A stretch of 64,000 bases of DNA from Octopus sinensis (taxonomy: Eukaryota), in assembly GCF_006345805.1 (NCBI RefSeq), contig NC_043014.1:3534001-3598000 (forward strand), read 5' to 3'. The stretch's first letter is position 1; every line of letters starts with the position of its first letter. Positions 1-14,875 of this stretch are shown here, one piece after another. The position numbers were made by a program, and so were the translations under genes. The notes below the pieces were generated by a model. It was not told the origin of the DNA, made no database searches, and saw only the letters and a list, made by a program, of their open reading frames with translations.

Positions 1-45
1 TTCATCAAAATTCACACATTTTGAAGAGATCTCAGAATATATATA

Positions 46-300
46 TAGGGTGTCCCAAAAAGATGTACTCCCTCTTTGACTTCCCAGTACTCATGCATTT
101 TGTGTTCAAGTAGATGTTTATTGATATACATACAATCCTAAAAAGTTAAATTAAATTCAGGAAAATAAATTGTTGTAGAAACGATTATTTATTGTCATTT
201 AGAATTATTTAATTTCTCTCTCATTCCTGGTAGCGGAGAATTTTTCTAGAATTTTTTGCTAACCTAAAATTTATTAATTAATGATTTTTTGGCTAATTTT
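46..300 (+). mobile_element. Tc1/mariner-type terminal remnant
   Basis: TA + GGGTGTCCCAAAA after a (TA)n tract. The same terminal motif occurs inverted at ~50878-50890. Right limit not seen. Confidence 0.4.
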
Positions 301-696
301 GAAATTAAATCAGCAGTTTATATTTACTGCTGAGAAAACCGTGCGAATGTGGAGGATTTTGAAAATTTATAGCATATAGACTCAAGGCATGTTTATTATC
401 GCCTCGTGAATATATGGTAGTCCTTGGCTTTTCTGCCGAAGAGGCAACGCCAGTGGTAAATAAATTTATTTTATTTACAAAAGATTGCTGAAACTATGCA
501 TAGTCCAGAAAGGAGAGGGTAAAAGTTTTTATTTCTCTTTCCATTTCAGAATTACAACTATTAGTGGTTTGGAGTTTAGCTGCTCTTTCTAGTGAGTCGG
601 ATGTCCTATTATGGCCATCCCTTATATGTTTGAATATATATATATATATATACATGTACAAAGAGAAAAAAAGAAGAGGAAAAACAGTCAACTTAC

Positions 697-810
697 AAAC
701 GGTGCACTGTTTGCCACTAAAATTAGGTTGGCAGGAACATTTATAATCTTCATTTCCAATGCTTCGACAAATTCCTTTATTTAAACAAGGAGAAGAGTGA
801 CAAGCATCAT
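697..810 (-). CDS. Exon 10, EGF repeat 6 ([38 protein letters not shown]), 114 bp
   Basis: ttttttgcag|ATGATGC...ACCGTTT|gtaagt. Not in the ORF track. Confidence 0.92.
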
Positions 811-3800
811 CTGCAAAAAATAAAATAATAATGATAATAATTTTTTCTACAAAGAGAACAAGGTCTGGAATTTGGTGTGGGCATGGGTGAGGGGAAGGTG
901 CTATTCAATTACCTTGACCCCAGTGTTCAACTGGTACTTATATTATTGACTCCGATAGGATTAAAGGCAAAGTCAATCTTAGCAGAATGCTAATAATAAT
1001 AATAGCAGTACCAGGCAGTGGCTCGCATGGCTTCTGATCTTAACTGATTGGAAGTGTCATCGTGTACATTGTTTTGTCTTGGTATAAAAGATGGGCTACA
1101 GCAAATATTCTGCTCAATACCACAGATTTGCTTGTCAGTTGTTTGACCTTAACCAGTTGAGCATGTCCCTTAGTGGCTGACGATATGTGCATCTCTGATC
1201 ATGAGCAGAAGTAGTGGGGAACATCATAGCCATGTGTTGAGAGGGATTCTTTGGGGTTTGGATAATTCACCTCTGGAAACATAAGTGTTTCATTGTTGTT
1301 GTAGTAATTGTGGTGGTGGTGGTGTGGTGGTGGTGGTGGTGGTGGTGGTGGTGGTGGTGGTGTGGTGGTTTGGTGGTGGTAGCAGTGAATGATGAAGTGA
1401 AGTGGACAGTAGTCTTTGTGTGTTTTTCAATGTCTAAATATGATTCTTCTTCTGCTTTGAAATTCTTTTATCTTCCAATTCACAATCTGAGATCAAATAT
1501 TACTTACCAGACAAGTACAATTCCCAAAATTCTAATTAATAATTAGAAAATAAAATATTATTGAAGAATTAATTATTTAAGTTGTTTCTTACAAAGAAAA
1601 AAAAAAACACAACTTTTTGTATTCTTTTTGGTTTCAGATTTTTTTCCATTTTTTTTTTTGAATTCTTTGGATGAGTGTAATGCATTGAATTAAATAGCTA
1701 CTCACAGACACTGCAGACTTCGCCCTTATATCCAATTCGGCATTGGCAGGTAAATTTCAAACCCACAGCAATGCAAGTACCACCATTTAGGCAAGGATGT
1801 GCATAACAGGCTGAATCTGCGAAAAGAAGAAAAAGGAATAACAAATCAGCATCAGCATCATCATCATCATCATCGTTTAACATCCGTTTTCTGTGCTAGC
1901 ACGGGTTGGACGGTAATTCTTAATTACTTAATTTCTTAAACAGGTGCAGGAATGCATGCAGTTATTGGCCTGAATAGAAATCAAAAGATATGAAGTTGTT
2001 CAACTTACATGTTTGGCAGTTGATTCCACTGTAACCCTTTAAACATTGGCACTCATATTTGTGTTCATGACGGATACAGGTTCCACCATTCACGCAAGGT
2101 TGATCATAGCAAACATCATCTGTAAAAGAAGAAAGTCATTTCATCATTAATCATCATCCTCATCATCATCATCATCATCAAACGTTCGTTTTTCATGCTG
2201 GAATGGGTTGCACAGTTTGATAGGGTCCAGCAAGTCATGGCAGGGCTGCTCAAAGTTCTAGCGTCAGCTTCAGCATGACTTCTATGGCTGGATGCTTTTC
2301 CTCAACTCAACCGCTTCACAAAGTGTATTGGATGCTTTTTTTTTGTACCACTAACATTAGTGAGGTTACCAAATAAACTTGCAACAGGGGAAAACGAAAG
2401 AATATTAATTACAAAAGAGTCAACAGCTAGTACTTTTAAAATTGGATGTTATTAACTGTCACAAACACCACGAATGGATGCCTTTCCTAACACCAACCCC
2501 TCTGAGAGTGTAATGGGTGCTTTTACATGCCATTTGCATGACCCCGGTATCTGCCACGACTGCGATTTTACTTGGCTTGATGGGTCTTCTTCTCATGCAT
2601 GACAAAATGCCAAAGGTTTCAGTCATTGCCTCCGTGAGGCCCAACACTCAAAGGGAGCTTTTCATATGTCACCAACATCAGTCACTTTGCCTTCATGAGG
2701 CCCAACACTTGAAAGGTGCCACTGACATGGGTGCCTCTTATGTTCCACTGGCACGAGTGCCTCTTACATGACACCAGCATCAGCCAATTTTCACTTGGCT
2801 TGCTGGGTCTTCTCAAGCAAAGCATATTGCCAAAGGTCTCGATCAATAAACATTGGCTCTGTGAGGCCCAAAGTTCAAAGATCATACTTCACCACCTTGT
2901 CTCATGTCTTCCTGGGTCTACCTCTACCACAGGTTCCCTCTACAGTTAGAGATCAGCTCTCCTCTACACAGCTCTCCGTATTTATACACGTCACATGACC
3001 ATACCAGTGCCTGCTGTTTCTGTAACGCTTCAGCATTCAGATTATTCTGCCAAATGTGATGCTTATTTATTGACATTGTTTAGAATTAGTCATGCATTAC
3101 CTTGTAGCATCAAACCTTCAATGAATTGATTGTTCATTTTTAGAATGACATTGTAGGGTATGTGTGAAAAGGTGGAACTGGCTTGTTTGGCCACAAAATA
3201 AGTAGAATATTCAGGCCATATATGGTCAGTTTAAATGCTAAAACATTTCAATTATGGAATCAGATGGGGTATTGTGCTTTTGAGCAAAATACTTTGTTTG
3301 AAGTTGCCACAGTCCACTCAGCTGTAAATTAGTTTCAACAACAGCCAGGAAGTTAACCTGAGAATGGACCAATGGCTCCTTTAACCCTTTCGTTACTGTA
3401 TTTATTTTGAGATGCTCTGTGTTTCTTCCAGTTATTTTAAATATAACAAAGAATTTAGTAAAATAACTTGGTTATCATTAAATTAGTGTTAGGAACATAA
3501 ATTGTGACTAAGGTTTGGTGGAAGATTTAATTCAAAACTTGTGAAAACAAGACATTTGTACTACAGAGCCAGAGATGGTTTCAACCAGGTTGGTATCAAA
3601 AGGGTTAAGAATTGTTTCTCTATTATATATTTTAACCTTCTTGTTACCAAATTTCTGTTGAGATGCTCTTTGTTTCTTTCAATTGATTTTAAATATAACA
3701 AAGAATTTAGTAAAATAACTTTGTTATCATTAAGCTTGTGTTAGGAACATAAATTGAGACTAAGGTTTGGTGGAAGATTTTAATTCAGAACTTATGGAAG

Positions 3801-6800
3801 CAAGACATTTGTACTATAAAGCCAGTGGTGGTTTCAGCCAGGTTGGTATCGAAAGGGTTAAGAATTGTTTCTCTGTTATATATTTTAAACCTTTCATTAC
3901 CATATTTCTGTTGAGATGTTCTGTGTTTCTTTCAATTCATTTTAAATATAACAAAGAATTTAGTAAAAAAACTTTGTTATCATTCAGCTAGTGTTAGGAA
4001 CATAAATTGTGACAAAGGTTTGGTGGAAGATTTTAATTCAGAACTTATGAAAACAAGACATTTATACTAAAGAGCCAGAGCTGGTTTCAGTCGGGTTGGT
4101 ATCAAAAGGGTTAAAGAGGGAGAGTGTTATGATCTGATTTCCTTATGGAAACTTGGCTAAGCTCTGGACTCATGAGTCTTAGAGCTCATGACAGGTTTAA
4201 GTGGTGCTAATGACCATCATATTGCAGGTATGTCAGTTGATGGGTTCAGATTCCGGAAGTAACATTGTGAATCATCATTCAGGTGATACACTAATGACTG
4301 TTTAATTATAAGTGTGTCATAGTAGTAGAGAACTTCAATGCAGTGAAGCAAATCTGCTAGAAATAGCAACCAAATCTCTCTAAAATAAAAATTTTAAAAT
4401 TACATGGTACTACCTTAAAAAGAAAAAAATACATCAGTTACTTAGAACCTATATGCATAAATAAAAGTGGGGATGGTCATGGCAGGACCACCTTTAATTA
4501 TAAGGACTGCTCAATGAAAGTACATACTAGAGTCAACCATTACTGACATGTTTGCTATAAAAATAATGAAAGATTAACAAAGAAGTGAACTTACATGTGG
4601 CACATCTGGGCCCAACATAAGCAGGTTTGCAGGTACATTTCACGGTACCACCGACGATATAGCAGGTACCCTCATGGAGGCAAGGTTTCTGTGCACACAG
4701 ATCAACTAGAAAAAGAAAAATACAAAAACATACATTAGCAAAATATTGTTATAAATTCTACAAAATTCAATCATTTACTTTTTTTTTGTATATTTTCCAT
4801 TCTTTAGGTAAGTTACATGCAAAAGTAAGAACAGACACAGAGTTAGTTGTCAGATAACTTTCCAATGCTATTTGCATTAAAGTAAAAAAATTTTTTTTTT
4901 ATAATGTTTTATGATTTTGTTTTTGTTTAGTTCTATTTTTACTCTACAACTTTTGTTTAATGTTTTTGAAATCCGAATATATTTTACCTCTTTTCACAGA
5001 TGTGACAACGGAGAGCCAAGTGAAAAAAAACCCAACAAATTTGTAGTAAAGATTGTTTGCCAACATAACATGGCAGTCCTGGTTTAGGACGAATGTTGCT
5101 GTAATTTAGCCCCAGGAGACATCATCTCCAGCTGGCCATATGACACAATCTTTGTCCTTATATTTTTGAACAAGGACACAGATCATGTCGTATAGCCAGC
5201 TGGAGATGATGTCTCCTGGGGCTAAATTACAGCAACATTCGTCCTAAACCAGGACTGCCATGTTATGTTGGCAAACAATCTTTACTACAAAGTACTCTCA
5301 TTGAATATCTCTCATGAGATTTAAAAATGGTAATTTTCTAATTTATAGATCAGTAACTAGTTGTCACCTTGAAAGCTATATATTTCAAAAGGGAATTAGG
5401 CAGTGCCACCTCTAGCCGAACAATCATTCTGTGCTGATGAAGGGAAATAACCCAGAAATCACAATACACAGATATCGTTTTGAGCTGAGTGGAGGTGCTA
5501 GATTCCCTTGTTCAAAAATATAAGGACACAGATCATGTCGTATAGCCAGCTGGAGACGATGTCTCTTGGGGCTAAATTACAGCAACATTCGTCCTAAACC
5601 AGGACTGCCATGTTATGTTGGCAAACAATCTTTACTACAACGTACTGTTGCTGAATATCTCTTGTATTTGTGTCTTCTTGTCTTGACATAATGTGAATGT
5701 TCTCAATGGCTTTCCCTATCATACAGGAGGTGTCATTCATGTCTGATCATGGAGAAATACTGCCTGGCACGAAAATAGGTGAGAGTTGGCAACAGGAAGG
5801 GTATCCTGCTATGGAAAATCTGCCTCAATGTATTCCATCCAACCCATGCAAGCATGGAAAAGCGGACATTAAAACTGACAGTGACAACAATGATGACAAC
5901 AACAACAACAACGTCAATGATGAATATGAATGGTCAGGACTAAATAACCGTATATCACAAGTCCACTGGTTTGATGCTCAACCGTTTCTAACAACAAATC
6001 TGCCTTGTTTTTGGTATAATTTATTGAAATAACTCAAAATGAAATACTTACTTTCTTCACAATTCTTGCCAAAATATGGAGCCGGGCATTTGCATTTATA
6101 TTCATAGCCATCAACAATACAAGTTCCACCATTCCTGCAAGGTTTGCCAGCACAAGCGTTATCTGAAATGAAAGAACATCTTTGTAACTTTTCGTAATCT
6201 TTATTTCTAATAATAATGTGCAGATGCAGACACATGGGTGTGCAGCTGGGAGGCATGTGTTGCAACCATGTCCAACAGGTGCTGGTTTTTAAGTCCATGT
6301 AACTTAGCAGTTCAGCAAAAGAGACCAATGGAACAAGTAGCAGACTTTGAAATTAAGTTCTAAGGTCAATTTCTACAACTAAGCCTTTGAAGGAGGTGCT
6401 CCAGCTTGGTCTTAATTGAAAGAATAAAATAAGTAAAAGATAAAATAAACTCATCTGTTTTGCAAATACTTTTGTTTTGTTTTATTTTTTCTGCCAAGCA
6501 TTTGAGTGGACATTTTCAGACAAATTCTTTGACCTTAGTTTCACAATTTCCACCATTTTGGCAAGAGTTATGAAGCCATTCATTGTCTTCAAAAGCTTGC
6601 ATTATTCTCCATGCAAGGATTTTTTTATAGAGTTACAAAACCAAGGTTATTGAAACGTTAGAACCAACCATCAGATGTGGTTAACATTCACGAAGGAGAG
6701 GGCAAACTTGTGGGTTCAAACCAGCTCAAAATTCCATGAGTGAATGTCACTGCCAGGGCCAGTAAGTTTTAAAATATAACAATATGGCTTTCAACACAGT

Positions 6801-7748
6801 TTTTTAAAAAATGTGGCTGTGTGGTAAGTAGCTTGCTAACCAACCACATGGTTCCGGGTTCAGTCCCACTGTATGGCATCTTGGGCAAGTGTCTTGTGCT
6901 ATAGCCCCGGGCCGACCAATGCCTTGTGAGTGGATTTGGTAGACGGAAACTGAAAGAAGCGTGTCGTATATATGTATGTATATATATATATGTGTGTGTG
7001 TATGTGTTTGTGTGTCTGTGTTTGTCCCCCCAGCATTGCTTGACAACCGATGCTGGTGTGTTTATGTCCCCGTCACTTAGCGGTTCGGCAAAAAAGACCG
7101 ATAGAATAAGTACTGGGCTTACAAAGAATAAGTCCTGGGGTCAATTTGCTCGACTAAAGGCGGTGCTCCAGCATGGCCACAGTCAAATGACTGAAACAAG
7201 TAAAAGAGTAAAAGAGTAATTCAGATTTTATTGTAAATGAAATTAAGATCCTTTCTAATTTCGGGTCAAGACCAGCAATTTTTAGGTGGGGGCATGTCAG
7301 TTACAATGCCCCTAGAGTTCAACTGGTATTTATTTTATTAACCCATGAGAAAATGGAAGGCAAAGTCAACTCCAGCTCAGTTGAACTTCAAATATAAAGA
7401 AGCGGAAGAAGTGGAACAATGCCTTTTGTACGAAATGCTAGCAATTCTGTCAGGTTTCCCCTTATTACTCCAATTAAACGCATGATACTTACTTCTGTTG
7501 CAGTTAGTACCAGTAAAATTTCCTTTACAGAGGCATTTGTACTCAATACCGAGTGGCATACACGTACCATCATTATGACATGGATTTGGATAGCAAGGAT
7601 TAGCTGGAAAAGAAAGCAAACAGTAAGTCATTTAATAACGGTATTCAGAAGATTCCTAACTCGGTGGGGGCTGCGTATTCCTCAAGGAACCTCTAGAGAA
7701 AAGTTGATCTTAGGACTAGTAACATATCTGTGTATATATATATCTGAG

Positions 7749-7804
<56 letters not shown>

Positions 7805-7875
7805 CTGTATATATATATAATATATATATATATATAATATATATATAGATATATATATATGTTATATGTATGTAT

Positions 7876-7945
<70 letters not shown>

Positions 7946-7989
7946 ATATATATATATGTATATGTATATATATATATTATTTATATATA

Positions 7990-8035
<46 letters not shown>

Positions 8036-8118
8036 TATATATATGTTATATGTATGTATATATATATATTGTATGTATATATATGTATGTGTATATATAA
8101 TATATATATATTGTATAT

Positions 8119-8186
<68 letters not shown>

Positions 8187-8193
8187 TATATAG

Positions 8194-8232
<39 letters not shown>

Positions 8233-11159
8233 ATATAATATATAATAAGTGTAGATCGTATGTATATATGTATATATATATGTACAGAATTCAGCAGAAT
8301 TAAAGAAAACTGGATATATTTGCTTAGAACTGGAAAGACTTCTGTCAAATTTAAGCAAATTGTGAAGAATTGGATAGAATTACACTAAATTTCTTAAAAC
8401 TAGGAGGAATTAGTTAACATTTATTAAGTTTAGGAAGAATTTTATACGTTTGAGCAGAACAGGATAAACTGACTCTAATTAGCATTTTATCAGTTACAAG
8501 AGTTCCTGTTGGTTCAATTAATGGAACAGCCTGCTCATGGAATTAACGTGCAAGTGGCTGAGTATTCCATAGACAAGGCTGACTCTTTGAATTACAAGTA
8601 CAACTCATTTTTGCCAGCTGAGTGGACTGCAGCAATGTGAACTAAAGTGTCTTGCACTGGCAATCGAACCCACAGCCTTATGAGTGTAAGCCGAAAACCC
8701 CTAACCACTAAGACACATGTAGAACTGGGCAGAAGTGCCAGATACTTGGCAAAATTGCTAAAAATTTGGTTGAAGGGCAAATCGTGCAGGAATTGAGAAA
8801 ATTTTGGCAGAATTGATTTGACTTACTTTTACAGATGACAGGTAACCGAAGATTTATGCTGCACTCATATTCATAATAGACATGTCTTCTTCTCACGGTT
8901 ATCATAGCATATAATGGCTTAACACCAATGCCAGTCCAGTTACCGTGATTTTCCCCAAAATTATAACCGCAAGTCTTCCACATATTCTTGGAACCTTCTT
9001 TTATAACGCCGACCCATAAGGAGTTGGTACCAGCGCCTGAAAAGGGAGAGAATAAAGAGAAAAGTGAAATAAATGAAAGGATAGTGGTCAGGCGAGTAGT
9101 AGTGTATGTAGTGGTGGTGGTGGTGGTGGTGGTGGTGGTTTTGGTGGTAGTGGTGGTTTTGGTGGTGGTGGTGGTGGTTTTGGTGGTGGTGGTGGTGGTG
9201 GTGGTTTTGGTGGTGGTGGTGGTTTTGGTGGTGGTGGTGGTGGTTGTGGTGGTGGAGGTGGTGGTGATGGTTGTGGTGGAGGTGGAGGTGGTGGTGATGG
9301 TTGTGGTGGAGGTGGTGGTGGTGGTTGTGGTGGAGGTGGTGGTGGTGGTGATGGTGGTGGTGGTAGTGTTGGTGGTGGTGGTGGTGATGGTGGTGGTGTT
9401 AGTGGTGGTGGTAGTGGTGGTGGTGTGGCGGTGGTGGTGGTGGTCATTGCCTTTTAGGCATGTAGCAGCAGCAGCAAGACACTTGCTTACACACATATAT
9501 ATATATCTATATACCTATGCCAGCATGAAAAACAGATATTAAATGATGATGGATATATATATATACCTAAGAGATTTTAGAAGCAACATTTTTGCTTGTT
9601 GCAAAATCAGTGACTATGATATATATATATATTTTAGATTTACTACTTCGGTAGTAAATCTAAATAACAAAGTAAAATCAATGATAAGCAGTGTCTCCGT
9701 GAAAAAAATATTAATTACTACTATGTTTCTGTTGATGAAACTTGTTTCTCTGCCTACCTACTTACCATCTTTGGTATGTTGGTTAATGGAATAACTATCA
9801 AAAAATGAATCGTTTAAATTTAACTAAATTCTATAGTTGTATGCACCTGAAGATTGCTCTACATTTTAAAACTGATGTAATACTTGCATTATTTAATTAA
9901 ATTGTATTGCATGAAACGATCGTACTGCATTATCTCTGGATATCCTTGTTGCTTATTTTGATTATAATCACCCCATTTTGAATTATATGGATAATAATAA
10001 TAATAATTATAATAATAATAATAATAATAATATAATAATAATAATAATAATAATAAAAACATTGTGTACAGTGCTCAGGTGCACTACAACTCATCTAAAG
10101 TGTATGTGTAGTACATAGGGTAATGTACAAGCATCAGGAAAAGAACAGTGCATGAGTCATGACATACACATATGTGTATGAGTATGGAAGGGGGACAATC
10201 AGGTGTAGTTTCGGCGGATTTCGGAAAGCATGAAAGCCTTAAAGGATGCAGTGTCATGGCAGTCAACAACTGATGCAGGCAGTTTGTTCCATGCTTCAGC
10301 AACTCTGAGCGTGAAGAAATGTTTCCGAAAGTCATGGGAGCTGTGTTGTTTTCTGACTTTGTAGGCATGTCCACGTCTGTTAGACACATGGAGATCAAAA
10401 AGGTGTTCAGTTTTGTTGGTGAGGTGGTTGATAACTTTGTGGGTGTTTACTAAATTCTGGTGCCTTTGACTTAAGTACCATATTCAACTGAATCTAAATT
10501 TTACTGAACTTATATATATGCCTCAGATCTACTTACTTCCCATAACCTCTGAAGTGACGTAATCCTGCTCAGCCTGCGTTTTGATCCAAAGGAGGCTCAT
10601 CTTGTCTTTGCAGCATCGAGTTTTGGCATTTTCTCCAGTTGTGGCCGAGTAGACATAGTAGCAGTGAGAGCCAGAGTAAAAGGTGTTCAAACTACCCATT
10701 TGTGGACATTGCTCTGCAAAACAAACATAGAATATTATATATAAAGTCAATCCAAACAAGAAAACACAAAAAAACACAACAACGCGAGGACGTGGAACAA
10801 ATATAGTATTATTGGATGCTCAGGAAAGAAGGAAAGAAGGAGGGTTTAACGTTTTGAGAAGAGCTCTTTGTCGGAAACATAGGAGAAGGAAAGATCCAGA
10901 GAAGGGAAGACAGAGGAAAAAAAATCGCCAACGGTACACACGAGGTCACATTATATATACATACATAGACAGATAAATAGATAGATGTCAATGTATATAT
11001 GTATGTATGTGCGAGTGTGTGTGTGTATAGTCTTTTGTGACAGAAACAGCTGTCGGATTAAATTAATTAAATAAATAATCCTTGTTACAATCAAAAAACT
11101 TGTTCCATTCACTTGATAACATTTATTGGAGTCCGTCTAATAAATCAATTCTTCCAATG

Positions 11160-11194
<35 letters not shown>

Positions 11195-11532
11195 TGTGTG
11201 TGTGTGTATGTATATCACCGTGATCACCGTGACCGACCAGGCTATCAGATGTTGCTACACATCGCTGGTCACAATGCGCTTCGCATTGTTTTAGCCTTCA
11301 AATGACGTCACCCTGCTAGCTAAGCGAGCAAGCCAACAGAAGAAAGAGTGAGAGAAAGTTGTGGCGAAAGAGTACAGCAGGGATCGCCACCACCCACTGC
11401 CGGAACATCGTGGAGCTTTAGGTGTTTTTGCTCAATAAACATTCACAATGCCCGGTCCAGGAATCGAAACTGCGATCCTATGACCGCGAGTCTGCTGCCC
11501 TTACCACTGAGCCATTGCGGTTCCACTATATG

Positions 11533-11566
<34 letters not shown>

Positions 11567-11653
11567 TATATATATGTAATATATATATATAATATATATA
11601 TATATATGTAATATATATATATATAATATATATATATATAATATATATTATAT

Positions 11654-11732
<79 letters not shown>

Positions 11733-12103
11733 ATATATATAATATATATATATATATTATATATATATATAATATATATATATATATATTCATAGGTAAA
11801 TGAAAAGAATCCTTTAAGTAAAGTATGATTTTAAAACCTTAGAAACCTAGGGAATAATGCCCTGAACGGAAGAAGTATTTTTATCTGGAAAAATATTATT
11901 TATATATATATAGTTGGAATTTATATAAAAAAAACAAAACAAAAGACAAAAAAAGGTGTGTAAACAACAAACAGATGTTTTAGTTTAACGCTCGGTAAGT
12001 GAGAAAGTCTTTTATGTTTCGAGCCCACGCTCTTCGACAGAGAGGAACACAGAAATAAGCAGAGAGAGAAAATGAAAAAGGTTTAGTGGCTAGTGATCAA
12101 TCA

Positions 12104-12137
<34 letters not shown>

Positions 12138-13344
12138 TCCTTTTCATAAACATAGAGAATACCTTAAATATAAAGGTTGCAAGACGCAACAAAAAATTTT
12201 AGGAAAATAAAAATAAGAAATAAGTGGACATTTTACTTGTGAGTGTGTTAAATTATAAGGCACAAAAAGAAAATGACTCTCCCCAGACACAACAGTGTAT
12301 ATATATATATATACCGGAGAAAACACATAAATGTGAAACAAGGTAGAAAAAAGAGTACTCAAATACCAGTGGTAGAGTAATATGCTTTATTCAAAAGCAG
12401 CAGAAAATTCAACAAAACCTGTTACTTAGTTTCACGTTGCTGTTCGTCGGACAGTTTTTGCTAGAATTCTAGCAAAAACTGTCCGACGAACGGGAACGTG
12501 AAACTTAGAGTAACAGGTTTTGTTGAATTTTCCGCTGCTTTTGAATAAAGTATATATACATATATATATGACACACACACACACAATATATATATATGTG
12601 CATTATATATGTGTGTGTGTGAATATAAATGGAGAAACATCAAGAAATGTGTAAACAAATCAACAGTGATGATGATGACGACCACAACGATCATGATGAT
12701 GATGATTATGATGATGTTGACATCAGCAATGGTGGCAATGACGATGACAGCAATGATGACAATGACAAAAGAAATAATCAAGGACACACTTACTGGTAAC
12801 ATCTCCAGCAGATGTCAGAAACGGTAAGATGAGCAGCACTGCCAGGTGGACCATCAACTGGAACCTGGAAATATTTCAGAATTTACCAATTGAACGGAAT
12901 TACATTTTATAAGAACACAGGTTACATAGGAAGAGACAGGGAACACTAATACAGCCCGGCATTACGTGTGCGTGTGTGTGTGTGATTGTAATTATGTATG
13001 CATGTGTATGTCTATATATATATATATAGTGTAACCTCTCGAAAGAGCTGTTCTTCATTCCTGCTCCAGAACGTCGGCTGCGGGGGTCACTCCGAAAAGC
13101 TCTATCTGCGACAATTTCATCTCAATCAAAGGAGAAGGGCTTTCTCCATCTGGGTTGCGGATCCGTGGAATAAGCTGCCAGATGAGATAGTGAAGATGCC
13201 GACGACCGCTCGGTTCAAAGTCTCCCTTGACCACAAGTGGCCTGAACTCTTTACATGAACACCACCCTGTACATAACTCCATGTCCCCCTACATGGCCTT
13301 GCTTTTTGCTTTTTGAGCCAAAAAATTAACTAACTAACTAACTA

Positions 13345-13387
<43 letters not shown>

Positions 13388-14843
13388 AGGAGGCACAGGT
13401 GTGACTATATGATAAGAAGCTTGCTTCCCAACTACATGACTTCAGGTTCAGTTCCACTGCATGGCACCTTGGGCAACTGTCTTCTACTAGAGCCTCAAGC
13501 TGACCAAAGCCTTGTGAATGGATTTGGTAGATGAAAACTGAAAGAAGCTCATTGTGTATGTGTATGTGTGTGTGTGTGTGTGGCTTTGTTTTTGCTTGTT
13601 TCCCATCAAACAGTGATAGTGTGTTTGCATCCCCATAATTTAGTAGTTTGGCAAACGAGAGACTGATATTTTATACACACACAAAGAATTAAGTCACAGT
13701 AAGATGGTGTTGAGAATGTGTTGGTAAAATAAAGGGGCATTAAATTCTAAAAAAAATATTCTAAAATATTTAAGCAGCATTATTCAAATAGAAAAGCAAG
13801 CTCTGCTGTTTTACATTGAAACCGGCCAGATCTGGTATTTGACCTCTACTCAAGGGTGTCATTCTAAAGACGTACAATCACATCATTGAAATCTCAAAAA
13901 TATGAGATAATACGCGATTAATTCAAAAGCAATATGAATAAATAAGTATTATATGTGTCAGAATAATCTCAATGCTAAAAAGTTAAATTTATTTCTGATG
14001 TTAATTTCCCCATAATCTCCTGCAGTTGAGTGGAGGATGTCCCAGACATGCTGGGCTTTTCCACTGGAATTATTTCTGCTAAAACAAAGGTAGTGATGCT
14101 GGGAGAATGTTCATCCCTAACCCAGCTACAAATCTTTCATGGCACCAGAATATTATCCTGTAGGGGGTGAGCTGGCAGAAATGTTAGCGTGCCGGGTGAA
14201 ATGCTTAGCGGTACTTCGTCTGGCGCAACGTTGTGAGTTCAAATTCCGCTGAGGTCGACTTTGCCTTTCATCCTTTCGCGGTTGATAAATTAAGTACCAG
14301 TTGCATACTGGGGTCGATCTAATCGACTGGTCCCCTCCCCCAAAATTCCAGGTCTTTTGCTAAGAGTAGAAAAGAATATTATCCTGTGATGCAGATCCAA
14401 GATCCTGGATTTCAGATGTTGTTGCTATTGTTGTAATAATGAAATAATACTACTTTCACTGGTTCTGAAGAAATGCAGTTGCTGTAGCATGGGCTGTGGC
14501 ATGGGCTGTGGCAGTCTGGTTTCCAGCCCTGCTCTATCCTCTTCTGTTACTCCTGTTTAACCCTTATTCTACAGTAACAGAGTATATTTGGTTCTGTGCT
14601 TTCGGACATTTGACACACAGCCACCAAATTAACTCGTTTGGGATTTTAAAAAAAAAACATGTTTTAGTCATTAATTGTTGTAAATAACTTAGGGAAGTCA
14701 ATTTCAGTCAATTTTAGCAAATTAATTCAGTATCTGGACATTTGTTAGCAAAAATTTAATCAGTGCCATTTGGGTTAAGGAGAAGTGCAGTCAAAGGATC
14801 CACAAAAGAAACAGAATTTGATAGAGAACAGAACAAATTAATG

Positions 14844-14875
<32 letters not shown>

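Noticed and set aside
8708-9496. 262-aa ORF suggesting a Thr-rich mucin stalk fused to the lectin exon
   Set aside because: The Thr run is an intronic (ACC)n microsatellite. A strong acceptor lies at 9037, the in-frame AG near 9450 has no polypyrimidine tract, and using it would split the CTLD fold.
14000-14640. Non-repetitive-looking stretch that could be an extra exon
   Set aside because: Stops in all three minus frames, no convincing splice pair, and exons 1 and 2 already join in phase.
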